Assembly: GCA_020050835.1 (NCBI GenBank)
Contig: JAGVKB010000063.1
Coordinates: forward strand, 1 to 63,421
From: Candidatus Obscuribacterales bacterium
GTDB taxonomy: Bacteria; Cyanobacteriota; Vampirovibrionia; Obscuribacterales; Obscuribacteraceae
Reading direction: 5' to 3'
Length of the DNA stretch: 63,421 bases
The notes below the pieces were generated by a model. The model did not search any database. It worked only from the letters and a program-made list of their open reading frames with translations, and was not told the DNA's origin. Position 1 is the stretch's first letter; the number at the start of each line of letters is the position of its first letter. Position numbers and translations under genes: made by a program. Below are positions 9,853-19,046 of this stretch, piece by piece.

Positions 9853-11115
9853 CTACTCGACAGCGCCTCGCTTACCGCCCTCCGGATCTCCCAGATAGGG
9901 AATCAGCACCGCGCACAGCGCCGAGGTGGTACCTGCCACCACAATCAGTGGCGCAAGTTGATTGTCAAAGACGTGTGTAAACAGGAGACCACCGGCGAAG
10001 GTAGCCGCTTCAGTCGCCAGATTGCGCACGGCAATCAAAGCGGCCATCACCGACACTTCCGCGCGAGCCGGACAGACATCGGCAGCCAGGCTGTACATCG
10101 TCAAGATGGCGATGATATTGGCTGTTCCGCGGCCAATCTCCAGAACGACTGCCGATGCCGGCGTCGAAAGCAGGAGATAAGCGAACGTGCTAACCACACC
10201 CATCGCCACGGCAAGCGACAACTGAACCTTCATGCTTCTGTCTTTCAGCAGCCACCGGTAGGCGAAGGAACCAATCAGCATCCCGAGCGCATTCCATGCC
10301 GCCAACTGTCCGATGAACGCTTGGCTGAAACCAAGTGTCTTGGACTCGTAGACATAAAGTGGCACGCCAAAAGACGGGCTGAAATCCCAGCACCAGATGA
10401 AGAGCGCCACCAGCCAGAGCGCACGCGAACGACCTGCTTGCTTGAGAGCGGACAAGCTCTTCAGAAAGCCTTCGGCATTCAGTTGTGACTTTTCTTCCCG
10501 CACCAGCACCAGCACTAGCACTGATACCAGAAGCACCGGCAGAGCCGCCACGAGCGCCGCCGTATGAAGCGCGGCATACGGAGTCAACACCTGGCACAGC
10601 CAGCCGCCGCCGAGCGATGCGACTATAAGCGCACCGTAGTAGCAGGCCGTCTGCAGAGAGAAGTGATCGCGCGCGCGCCGCTCATGTTTGCCGTCCTCCA
10701 CCGCCAGTCCGACGGTGATTGCGGTGGACGCCGCCACAGCCGCCGCCGACAGCAGGAGCGCTCCCAGAATGATCGGCAACGTTTCAGCGCATGCCATCAC
10801 GACAAACGCCACACCGGCTGTCAGGTTTGCCAGAGCAAGATAGCTCTTGCGCCGGTATCCCAAGAACGGCACGAAATCGCAAACAAGCCCGTAGAACGGC
10901 TTGAGCACCCAGGGCAGCATCATAATCGCCAGGTATGACGAGATTTGCGCCGCCGTCAGGTTCAGCTCCTTCAGCATAAAGTATTGCAGCGGTTGGCTAA
11001 CCAGCCCGAACTGCGCTGCAATCCCTGTGGACAGATAGGACAAGGCGAAAACCAGAGTCAAACCACCCGAGTCGGCGCTAGGCGACCCGCCGGGCTTTTC
11101 AGGGTTATCTTTCAT
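9853..11115 (-). CDS. Major-facilitator-type transporter, possibly BT1 (folate-biopterin)-like.
   Basis: About 12 hydrophobic helices across 420 aa. The N-terminal loop motif LPWVLKPFYGLVCDFVPFLGYRRKSY resembles the BT1/MFS conserved loop. Confidence 0.65.
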   Translation of the reverse strand: MKDNPEKPGGSPSADSGGLTLVFALSYLSTGIAAQFGLVSQPLQYFMLKELNLTAAQISSYLAIMMLPWVLKPFYGLVCDFVPFLGYRRKSYLALANLTAGVAFVVMACAETLPIILGALLLSAAAVAASTAITVGLAVEDGKHERRARDHFSLQTACYYGALIVASLGGGWLCQVLTPYAALHTAALVAALPVLLVSVLVLVLVREEKSQLNAEGFLKSLSALKQAGRSRALWLVALFIWCWDFSPSFGVPLYVYESKTLGFSQAFIGQLAAWNALGMLIGSFAYRWLLKDRSMKVQLSLAVAMGVVSTFAYLLLSTPASAVVLEIGRGTANIIAILTMYSLAADVCPARAEVSVMAALIAVRNLATEAATFAGGLLFTHVFDNQLAPLIVVAGTTSALCAVLIPYLGDPEGGKRGAVE

Positions 11116-11259
11116 AGCGTCCTCCTCGGATGTATTGAGCTTGAAAGCTCGATTGACTCGCTAAGCCAATCAACAGCGTGGTCCTTGCGTCGCGCGGAGA
11201 CGGCAGGAAGCATCTGCTTGCCTGCGTCTCCGTGCGACAGTGTGTTGGAAACCCTGACT

Positions 11260-11940
11260 TCAGGACTCCTTCACGCCTTCTTTCTGGGCGACCGCCAGCT
11301 CCTGCTCGAGTTGAGCGATCTGCTTCTCGAGCTCGGTCTTGGTCTGGTCGTAGTACTTCTGGTTTTGGCCGAGAGAGGCGACCCGGTGCTGCTCGGCGCG
11401 CTCCTTGGACTGCACGCAAGTGGTCTCGGCGTGCTCATTTTCCCGCTTGTACTGCGCCTCGGCGTCCGCCAGCTGCTGCTTCAGCTTGGCGATCTTCTCG
11501 GGCAACTCATCGACAGCCGGTTTGCGGCTGACCACTGACACCGTCGCCGTCGCCTTCACGTTGAAACGCTCTTTCGCGGTCGCGGCCAGCCCGTCGACCG
11601 GCTCGAGCGTAATCGGCTCGGCGGAGAACTCCTTGCCGCGCAGCTCCTCTTCAACTTGCCGGGCGAGCATCGGGCAGAGCTCTTCGGCGGGGCCGCAGTG
11701 TCGTCCGCCCTCGCAGGGAAAGACGGCGCCGGTAAGGCGAACCACGACTTTGAGAATGTGATCTTCCGGAGCTACACCCAGGTAGTGTCCGACCGGCATG
11801 GAGAACTCGCCGGAGACGTCGATCTTCTGGTTCTCGTCGCCGTCCTTGTGCGCCAGGGCGAATTTCGGCCAGGCATAGGCGACGACTGCGACCTGGAGAG
11901 CGGCTTGCAGCGGCTCTTCCATTTGGTAGGAGAACTTCAT
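11260..11940 (-). CDS. Hypothetical protein with a C-terminal coiled coil.
   Basis: 226-aa ORF in an operon-like array. The N-terminal half is globular with a CEGGRHCGPAEELCP motif. The C-terminal 70 aa are heptad-rich (KIAKLKQQLADAEAQYKRE...QIAQLEQELAVAQKE). Confidence 0.45.
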   Translation of the reverse strand: MKFSYQMEEPLQAALQVAVVAYAWPKFALAHKDGDENQKIDVSGEFSMPVGHYLGVAPEDHILKVVVRLTGAVFPCEGGRHCGPAEELCPMLARQVEEELRGKEFSAEPITLEPVDGLAATAKERFNVKATATVSVVSRKPAVDELPEKIAKLKQQLADAEAQYKRENEHAETTCVQSKERAEQHRVASLGQNQKYYDQTKTELEKQIAQLEQELAVAQKEGVKES

Positions 11941-12046
11941 TTTTCTTTCCTCGATTCTTCAGAATATTGAGAGACCGGCTTGAAAGACGGTCTCTCTCAC
12001 CGTTTGGAGAGAAGCGCAAGCACCGAGCTCACACTTCCCGACATCG

Positions 12047-13591
12047 CTACTTGGTGCGAACGTACTTGCTCTTCAGCCGGATGTCGCTGTCCTTGAAAGG
12101 TCCGGTCCCCTTGCCATAGAACTCGAGGACCGGCAGCGCATCATTCTTCTGCGCCATCTTCTTGGACTCGCGGTAGTCTTGATTGACCGCCTCGAGCTTG
12201 GCCAGAATAACTGCGCGCAGCGGTTCGACCGCAGTCGGCAAAGCGGCTCCTTCATGGAGCTCGACGGCCAGCGTCAAGCGCTTGTTGGTCTTCTCGTCCT
12301 CCCACGTGATCAGCGTGAAGGAGTTGAACTTGGGCGCGATCTCAGGCGTGCTCATGAGAATGCCTTCAATCTCAGAAGGCAGTATCTTGCAGCCGTAGAA
12401 CTGCGCCGAGAGATCTGAGCGTCCGTAGAGAAACAGCAGCGGCAGCTTCACCAAGGGCGGTGACAGCTGCGAAACGTCGATGCCCTCTTCCTTCAGGATG
12501 GTCATCACCTGTTGGTAGGGCATCACATGACCGAGATCGTGGATGTTGTACTTGATCTTCGGAGCGACGTTGCTCGATCGGCAAAGTGTTACGAGCACTT
12601 CGCCGTCGGCGTTCTCCTCGATCAAGTAATCCATCGGGTTGTACTGCAGGATGGTCGGCGTCTTGTCTCCCTTGCCGCGGTTGAGCCGCTTGCGTAGACT
12701 CTTGCTCTGCTCCATCAAGCGGCGGATGTCGATCGTGAAGTCGCTCTCGGCAGCGATGTTGATCTCGAGGTCGGAAGCACCGTAGTCGCCGTAGACCTTT
12801 TTGAACTTGCGCAGCAGATAGTCTCGCATCGGCTCGGTGATGCCCTCGCCGCCGTAGAAGGCACAGATCTCGAACTTGTCCCAATCGATCTCGGTGCTGT
12901 CCACCAGTCCTTTCAGGAAAGGCGGATAGCCGGCGATCACATAGCGGTACTCCGGTCCGAAATCCCGTAGAGTGTTGATGATCTTGTTGACGTCCGGTCC
13001 GACCGACTTGAGCAAGCAGATATCGACGATTGCGCCGGAAACGCACATACCGGTCGCCCACGGACCGAGCGCGAAAGCATTCAGGAAGAAGATCGGTTTG
13101 TGTCCGAGCATCTGATGCATCGCAATCTGCATGATGCGGGCCACCGCATAGCGCTCCTCCGGCCCGCGCACCCAGTTGTTGGGTTTGCCGGTCGAGCCGG
13201 ACGACTCGTCGATCACCGCGCCGCGCATCGGCAGCTTGCCGCCCAGGCAGCGCTCGGCGATCGAGTAGAGCAGAATGTAATTCTTCTTGTCCATCGCCGG
13301 AATCTTGGAGAAATCCGGCATCCAGGACCAGCCATGCAGCTGCACCTTCGCCTCCGGGAAAGCGGAGAGAAAGCGCTGGTAAGCCGGACATTGCCGGCGG
13401 GCGACATCGAAGCAGTACCAAGCCTTCCAGGCGCCCATCAAATCGTGGAAACGGGCGAAGATCGGCAGAAACAGCAGGCCGTAAGCCAACTCGACATGCA
13501 TGAGCAGATTGCGAACGTGCGCGAAGCACACCACAATCAGGAAGATGATGCGCTTGCGCAGCTGGAAGGTAATACCTCGTGACATATTCAA
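12047..13591 (-). CDS. PaaK-family (phenylacetate-CoA ligase / coenzyme F390 synthetase / CapK-like) adenylate-forming enzyme.
   Basis: ANL-superfamily P-loop SSGSTGKP, which matches the PaaK-type TSGTTGKP. About 510 aa with a PaaK-like layout. The N-terminal about 40 aa are hydrophobic and the start codon is uncertain. Confidence 0.65.
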   Translation of the reverse strand: MNMSRGITFQLRKRIIFLIVVCFAHVRNLLMHVELAYGLLFLPIFARFHDLMGAWKAWYCFDVARRQCPAYQRFLSAFPEAKVQLHGWSWMPDFSKIPAMDKKNYILLYSIAERCLGGKLPMRGAVIDESSGSTGKPNNWVRGPEERYAVARIMQIAMHQMLGHKPIFFLNAFALGPWATGMCVSGAIVDICLLKSVGPDVNKIINTLRDFGPEYRYVIAGYPPFLKGLVDSTEIDWDKFEICAFYGGEGITEPMRDYLLRKFKKVYGDYGASDLEINIAAESDFTIDIRRLMEQSKSLRKRLNRGKGDKTPTILQYNPMDYLIEENADGEVLVTLCRSSNVAPKIKYNIHDLGHVMPYQQVMTILKEEGIDVSQLSPPLVKLPLLFLYGRSDLSAQFYGCKILPSEIEGILMSTPEIAPKFNSFTLITWEDEKTNKRLTLAVELHEGAALPTAVEPLRAVILAKLEAVNQDYRESKKMAQKNDALPVLEFYGKGTGPFKDSDIRLKSKYVRTK

Positions 13592-13612
13592 ATCTCCTCC
13601 GATGATGGTGAT

Positions 13613-14626
13613 CTAGGGAACCAGGAGCTGTTCGACCGTAAGCCGCTGCGCCTTCGGCGGCAGCTCACTGTGGCCGAGCCGGACAAGCAACCAGAGCGGG
13701 TGCTTGCGGGAGGGGTTGGCAAAATGCTTCTCCATGTCGGCGTGGGCCGTGACGTTGGTGATCACCGAGCCGAACGGATGCAGGTAGACACCATGCTTGG
13801 TCATGCACAGCCAGAGCCGCGCCAACATGCGGCCAGCCTTGTCCCAGTCCGCCGGTTTTTCATAGGGTCCGGAAAGCCAGGCGACTGTGCGCGTGCCTTT
13901 CATGCTGCGGATGTAGAACAGGCGCACGAGCTGATAGATGCCCGGAAGACGGAACAGGAAGTTGACGCGCACGAAAAGCCACATCAGAGCCCCCGAGAAC
14001 AGCATGGCGTAGGCCGCCAAGCCGTCGGCCTTTCTTCTGGCCTCGGCCTTGCTGAAGCGAATCCAGCCGCCGACCTCGTTGCGAGCAACCGGGTCCGCCA
14101 TGTCGTAGAACATCGTGTCGGCGTTCAGCTTGACGACCCATTCCACCTGCTTTGGTTCGACCGAAAACTCGAGCTCGTTGCCGTAGGCGGCGGCGATCTC
14201 GCTGAGCTCTGCCAGCACCTCCGGCGATACCGGCTTGTCGTCGTAGGGCAGGCGCGACGTGCGCCGATCCAGGATGAGCTGGCGGTCGAACGGCTCCGGC
14301 TGCGTGCGCTTGACGAGCGTCAAGTTGGCATACGGAGTGTGGGTCGGCTGCTTGCTGTCGAGCGATACGCCCAGGTAGTCGACCTTCACCTCGAGGCCGT
14401 GAGCAGCGGCGGCGATCGACATCATCTCCAACAAGATGCCGAAACCAGCAGCCGTGAATCTGCCGGTCGGGTCGGTACCGGGCAAAAGCCGGTCCGGGTC
14501 AAACAGGAGAATCGCTTGCGACTCGGAGACGAGCCGAAACTTCCAGGCCTGTATATTGTGTGGAGACGGTGCCCAGCGCCCGTACTCGATGATCTCTTTC
14601 CACATCTCAAAAGCCATTTCCATGAC
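13613..14626 (-). CDS. Nitroreductase-fold (FMN-dependent) protein, long form (about 335 aa).
   Basis: N-terminal motif RWAPSPHNIQAWKFRLV matches the nitroreductase S-x-x-N-x-QPW-x-F-x-VV signature. The start is placed at the ATGs just after an AAGGAGG RBS and could be 1-2 codons different. Confidence 0.6.
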   Translation of the reverse strand, partial: VMEMAFEMWKEIIEYGRWAPSPHNIQAWKFRLVSESQAILLFDPDRLLPGTDPTGRFTAAGFGILLEMMSIAAAAHGLEVKVDYLGVSLDSKQPTHTPYANLTLVKRTQPEPFDRQLILDRRTSRLPYDDKPVSPEVLAELSEIAAAYGNELEFSVEPKQVEWVVKLNADTMFYDMADPVARNEVGGWIRFSKAEARRKADGLAAYAMLFSGALMWLFVRVNFLFRLPGIYQLVRLFYIRSMKGTRTVAWLSGPYEKPADWDKAGRMLARLWLCMTKHGVYLHPFGSVITNVTAHADMEKHFANPSRKHPLWLLVRLGHSELPPKAQRLTVEQLLVP

Positions 14627-14744
14627 CTCCTTCATTGCAAAGGGGACTAAGGCGCTGAGCCATGACAGCTCGGCGCCTGATACCGGATCCAAACAAGCCG
14701 ATCTCACTGCCTCCGGCCAGCAGTGGTATCGGTAGTGGTGCTGC

Positions 14745-15113
14745 CTAACGGCGCTTCAGCTTACCGCTGGAGCGTTTGAACGGCGGCATCGGACGCGCGG
14801 CGGCAAGCTGAGCGAGAATCGCCGTTGCCGTCTGCCCCAAGACCCCGGTCTCCGTGCCCACCATCTCGAGCATCTCGAGAGCGGTCTGACAGTAGGATTC
14901 ACACAGATCGGCATCGCCTGACTGAATGGCCAGACGAGCCAGATTGAGCATCAAAAGCGCTTGAGCATTGGTGCAAATCACCAGCGCTTCCTGAAACTTT
15001 TGGCGACCAGGCTCAGGCTGTCCGCTGTCGCACAACGAACAAGCCTCGTCGACGAGCGCAGAAATCTTCTGGACTTGATCCAGTCCAGAACGCAAATCTT
15101 GCAGGTTGAGCAT
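14745..15113 (-). CDS. Small hypothetical protein (122 aa), possibly helical/TPR-like, first gene of the array.
   Basis: ORF with helix-rich composition, 37 bp upstream of the nitroreductase-fold gene. Confidence 0.35.
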   Translation of the reverse strand: MLNLQDLRSGLDQVQKISALVDEACSLCDSGQPEPGRQKFQEALVICTNAQALLMLNLARLAIQSGDADLCESYCQTALEMLEMVGTETGVLGQTATAILAQLAAARPMPPFKRSSGKLKRR

Positions 15114-15641
15114 ATTTCCTGTCCTCTCTCAAACAGGCGAAGACCTTTGAAAGACTGCGTTTCACTTCGCTTGGTGAACAGAAGGACGCAGCAGTTGTTA
15201 CTCCGAGGATTTACAGTGCTTTCAGAGGCCTATTTCAAATTGAAGAAAAGAAGAACGTTTAAAAGTTATCAAGACCTTCAGCCGAAAATCACTCCCTGTT
15301 TCAAGTCATGACCATACTCTTCACAATCCAAAAGGCAGCAAACAGGCGATATCTTCCGGTACCTTCCTTGTTGTCAAGCAATCAAAAACCATCTCCAGAT
15401 GTTGTTTTGTGGTCTACCGCGCAATTCCTGATTGCATAAATGACCATGAGCCTGGGAAGAATCTATAGCGGGAGGTAATTCCCATCATCACCTAGCGAAA
15501 CTAGCGCCTGCGCCTGCTAGCGCAAGTAGCCAAGCACCAAACATGATCGCCTGCTAATAATTTGCAGTTTTTTTCCCAATTCTTCCCGACAGGAACATAT
15601 AATGGCTCTAATCTTTTCACAACTAGACTGGACGGTTTAAA

Positions 15642-16529
15642 TTGAGCCCAGCTGTCAGGTCATCAGCCGGCCGACTGGCCGCAGTGACACCGCACGCGAT
15701 TGCGCGCTTAGCGAATGCCAGCCCATTTTTAAAATGGGCGGGAGGCAAGAGTCGACTTCTGCAAACTTTCGATCGCTACTTTCCGGCGTCGTTCAACAGT
15801 ACTAAGAATCGCTATTTCGAATCGTTCATCGGCGGCGGTGCTGTATTCTTCCACCTCTCGCCGCACAAAGCGGTGATCTCCGACCTCAATCCGGAGCTGA
15901 TCAACTGTTACACGGTGATTAAGGACAACGTCGAAGAATTGATCGTCGCGCTCCGTAAGCATAAGAACGACAAAGATCATTTCTACCGCGTGCGTGCGCT
16001 GGATACCGACAAACTTACACCGGTCGAGCGAGCCGCCCGTCTGATCTTTCTGAACAAAACTTGTTTCAACGGATTGTATCGCGTAAACAGTCGCGGTCAG
16101 TTCAACGTTCCCTTTGGCCGATACACAAACCCGAAGATCTGCGACGAGTTGAATCTTAGAGAGGTCAGCTTTGCACTGGCCGGAGTCGACATCAATTGCG
16201 GTCCGTTTGAAGCGATCTTGAAGCGCGCTCGAAAGGGCGATTTTATCTACCTCGACCCACCCTATCAACCGGTCAGCGCCACGTCCAACTTTACCGGCTA
16301 TACAGCCACCTGTTTCGGCAACAGTGATCAGGAGCGCCTGGCAGACGTTGCACGTATCCTGTCTAAACGCGGTTGCTTGATCATGTTGTCCAATTCGAAT
16401 GCCGATTTCGTGCGCGACCTCTATCGCGACTTTCGGATTGAAACTGTTCACACCAGCCGAGCAATCAACTGCAAAGCAGATCGCCGGGGCAGAATTGCAG
16501 AGTTGTTAATCATGAACTACGAGAACTGA
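15642..16529 (+). CDS. dam: DNA adenine N6-methyltransferase (Dam family, alpha class), apparently orphan.
   Basis: Motif I FLKWAGGKSRLL and motif IV YLDPPY are present, and the overall Dam architecture is recognisable. The reading frame opens with TTG at 15642, so the true start may be an internal codon. No restriction-endonuclease-like ORF is adjacent. Confidence 0.85.
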   Translation: MSPAVRSSAGRLAAVTPHAIARLANASPFLKWAGGKSRLLQTFDRYFPASFNSTKNRYFESFIGGGAVFFHLSPHKAVISDLNPELINCYTVIKDNVEELIVALRKHKNDKDHFYRVRALDTDKLTPVERAARLIFLNKTCFNGLYRVNSRGQFNVPFGRYTNPKICDELNLREVSFALAGVDINCGPFEAILKRARKGDFIYLDPPYQPVSATSNFTGYTATCFGNSDQERLADVARILSKRGCLIMLSNSNADFVRDLYRDFRIETVHTSRAINCKADRRGRIAELLIMNYEN

Positions 16530-16860
16530 CGATAGACCAAGCGCATTCTTTCAATGCCTCGATCAAGACAACATAAAAAACACCGCTTACGGTATCAAGA
16601 CGGTGTTAATGCGTGTACTGGTCGCCCGGTACACGCAGTAGAATGCATGACTAGGATACCTTAATCGATCTAATCATGAGAAACGTAGTAAAAGCGCTGA
16701 ATATGGCTCAATATGCGGCAACAAGAAGATTGCCAGCCTGCGCCGGCAGCGTGAAATACTGCAGTAGACCGGCCGAACTTTAAACCGGCTGGTCCTGTGT
16801 GTAGGGCTTGCGGCCGGTCGTGCGCTTCATGCCGGCATTGTACTTCTGCAATGACACAGA

Positions 16861-17247
16861 TTGGCAGTGAAGCAGATTCACTCAAGTCGTCTGCAGGAGA
16901 TGTACAAAATGATCATGAGACTCTATCAACCACCAACAAACAACTGGCTTCTGGTCGCAGAGCAGCTCGACGATCCCCCGACCTGGGATCGCTTTCTTCC
17001 CAGTCATACCTCAAGCTCCCAAAGATGGCGGTTTGACAATTCCGTAAAAGAAGCAGCGAGCCACGGGCTGAAGTTGAAACCGTGCAAAGAGCTTTTAAGG
17101 CGCGGGATCAGCGCCTTCGAATATGACTGGGCCGCTCCGGAGGATGAGATTCTGTGCCATGCGATGCAAGTAGCTGACGCCCTCGGGCTTGAGCTGTTAA
17201 TGGGTGGACTGGCAAACTCTGGCCGATCCGACTTCACCGCTGCCTGA
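16861..17247 (+). CDS. Hypothetical protein.
   Basis: 128-aa ORF co-oriented with the downstream HEAT-repeat genes. No recognisable motif. Confidence 0.3.
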   Translation: MAVKQIHSSRLQEMYKMIMRLYQPPTNNWLLVAEQLDDPPTWDRFLPSHTSSSQRWRFDNSVKEAASHGLKLKPCKELLRRGISAFEYDWAAPEDEILCHAMQVADALGLELLMGGLANSGRSDFTAA

Positions 17248-17265
17248 TCCAATTTAGAGGCACAT

Positions 17266-17694
17266 TTGGGAGTTAAGATTATGCGCATCAACACATCAAG
17301 AGAGCGCTTGAGACTTCGGAAGTATTTTTTGGCCGGTTGCGAGCAAACTCCAGCGAACATTCTCTTTGAACTTGCCTTAGATCCTTCGCCGCTGGTGAGA
17401 AGACGTGTAGCAGAGAATATGAAGACTCCGCCTATGTTTTTAGTGATGCTCGCCAATGATCGTGACCAGGAGGTCCGTATTGGTGTAACCGACAATCTGG
17501 CTACACCAACCGGACTGCTACTTCTGCTTGCTGGCGACAACTGTCCGGACGTTCGCTATGCGATTGCTGAGAACTCACATGCGTCCAGCCAAATTCTTTG
17601 CCTATTGGCTCGGGACTCGAACCCTTACATAGCCGACAGAGCACTCAAGACACTTAACCGTCAGCATTCCTCTGACTGCACCCAGGCCGCTTAA
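17266..17694 (+). CDS. HEAT / PBS-lyase-type repeat protein.
   Basis: Repeated units PSPLVRRRVAEN, DQEVRIGVTDN and PDVRYAIAEN match the HEAT_2 / leucine-rich-repeat-variant pattern (xxVRxxAAxxL). Confidence 0.55.
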   Translation: MGVKIMRINTSRERLRLRKYFLAGCEQTPANILFELALDPSPLVRRRVAENMKTPPMFLVMLANDRDQEVRIGVTDNLATPTGLLLLLAGDNCPDVRYAIAENSHASSQILCLLARDSNPYIADRALKTLNRQHSSDCTQAA

Positions 17695-17706
17695 GAATCA
17701 GCCTGG

Positions 17707-18003
17707 ATGCATGAGAGATACAAAGTGAACATGTTCAGACCGTTGCGATCACTCTACGCTACCGACTCCGTGGAAAGAGTAAAGCAGGAGCTTGCCGCTT
17801 CGGAAGCACTGCAAATCGACCTTCTAATCGAACTGGCTTTCGATGGTTCGGAAGACGTGCGCCTGAAGGTTGCCGAAAATTCCCGAGCACCAGTTGGCTT
17901 GCTCCTTTGCATGGCTCAGGATGGAAGCCGCGCGGTACGCGAGGCCTGTGCGGCTAACCTAGCTCAACGCAGCGCTACCAGGGCAATCTTAACGTCATTT
18001 TGA
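17707..18003 (+). CDS. HEAT / PBS-lyase-type repeat protein (second copy).
   Basis: Units SEDVRLKVAENSRAP and SRAVREACAANLAQ are of the same repeat type as the preceding gene. Confidence 0.5.
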   Translation: MHERYKVNMFRPLRSLYATDSVERVKQELAASEALQIDLLIELAFDGSEDVRLKVAENSRAPVGLLLCMAQDGSRAVREACAANLAQRSATRAILTSF

Positions 18004-18280
18004 CGGCTTGCTTTTCAATGGATTTCGCCCATAGCAAGCGTTCTATCCCGTCTGCCTGGTAGACGATAGAACAAACCTTTTGACGTGCTTTTAATTCCCT
18101 CGAGAGGTTCCACTTCAATAGAGTCTGGACATTGTCTTGTTCCCAAGCTTAAGGACTCTTCGCTCCAGCATTTCGACAAACGCAACCCTCTCCATGTCCC
18201 CCAGAAAGCAAATCGGTGCTTTCTGTCAATTGTCGCCATGCCAGAACTCTCCACAAAAAAGTATTCCAAGGAGGTCTAAA

Positions 18281-18727
18281 GTGAACTCTAAAGATATCAT
18301 CGCCATCGTCAACGAAGGCGATCGCATTCCTTTTGACGGCAAGGTAATCGACGGCCTAGCCGTGGTGGATGAAAGCGCCGAAACTGGCGTTTCCACTCCA
18401 GCTCTACTTGATTCGACCGAAGGAAGAAACAACGCAGTGGCCGGGACTCTCGTTCTTGAGGGCTGGCTGAAGATCCACAGCTCTCCAAATGCAAGGATGA
18501 GGAAGCCAAGCTCCCAGCCCGACCGTGACTGTGGCGGACAACCGGCCAGACGCGCCACCAACTCTCTGCTAAAGGTCATATTGATCCTGTTGGTAGCGCT
18601 GGTTGCCGCTTTTCTACTGGCATTCGCAACGAATGCACTGACAGTCAACAGAGCCATCTCGCAAGCACCGGAAACACCGAGCTCGCTAGAGCGCGTTGCC
18701 CAACATTGGGCCAGACCAGCCGGTTGA
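18281..18727 (+). pseudogene. kdpB: KdpB-like P-type ATPase fragment (actuator-domain end plus TM3 region only) with its own RBS.
   Basis: The translation VNSKDIIAIVNEGDRIPFDGKVIDGLAVVDESAETGVSTPALLDSTEGRNNAVAGTLVLEGWL...LLKVILILLVALVAAFLLAFATNAL aligns with E. coli KdpB residues around [36 protein letters not shown]...TGGTRILSDWL...[20 protein letters not shown]. The TGES motif is changed to TGVS. There is no DKTGT phosphorylation domain and no kdpA/kdpC nearby. A GTG start at 18281 is preceded by AAGGAGG. Confidence 0.55.
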
Positions 18728-18957
18728 CCGTAGCGGCAGATTGAGCAGAGAGGAGCAGGGGCACTGAGCAACGAGCTATTGCCCCTCGCTTCTCAATCCT
18801 GCTCTTTCGATTTCGCTACGATACTATTGCGTAGAGCCCAGCTTCGCCACAAACTTGAAAAGCCTTATTCAGGCAAGTGCAGTTTGACTGCTCCAGTCCC
18901 GGAGAAGTGAAAAGAGGCTTCTGATCAATCTGAACCGCCAAAGTAACTAGATCTCGC

Positions 18958-19001
18958 CGGTAACTGTTTCGTGAAACGGTTTCACGAAACAGTTACCGGC
19001 G
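18958..19001. repeat. Near-perfect palindrome with 21-bp arms (ccggtaactgtttcgtgaaac g gtttcacgaaacagttaccgg), 46 bp upstream of the recombinase gene.
   Basis: Seen in sequence. Could be the terminator of the kdpB-fragment transcript or a recombinase/regulator binding site. Confidence 0.55.
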
Positions 19002-19046
19002 ATACGTACCGTATCAAGTCCACACTCATCTTCGCGGTTTTAATTC

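Noticed and set aside
15114-15641. Symmetric sequence ctagcgcctgcgcctgctagcgc in the divergent promoter region upstream of the Dam gene, as a candidate operator.
   Set aside because: The symmetry is short and imperfect. Without comparative data I could not distinguish it from chance in GC-rich DNA.
18137-18727. Treating the whole 196-aa ORF as an intact KdpB-like gene.
   Set aside because: Only the C-terminal ~120 aa align with KdpB. The upstream 48 codons have no similarity, and a GTG with a perfect RBS sits exactly where the homology begins. The DKTGT and nucleotide-binding domains are absent, so I called it a fragment/pseudogene.
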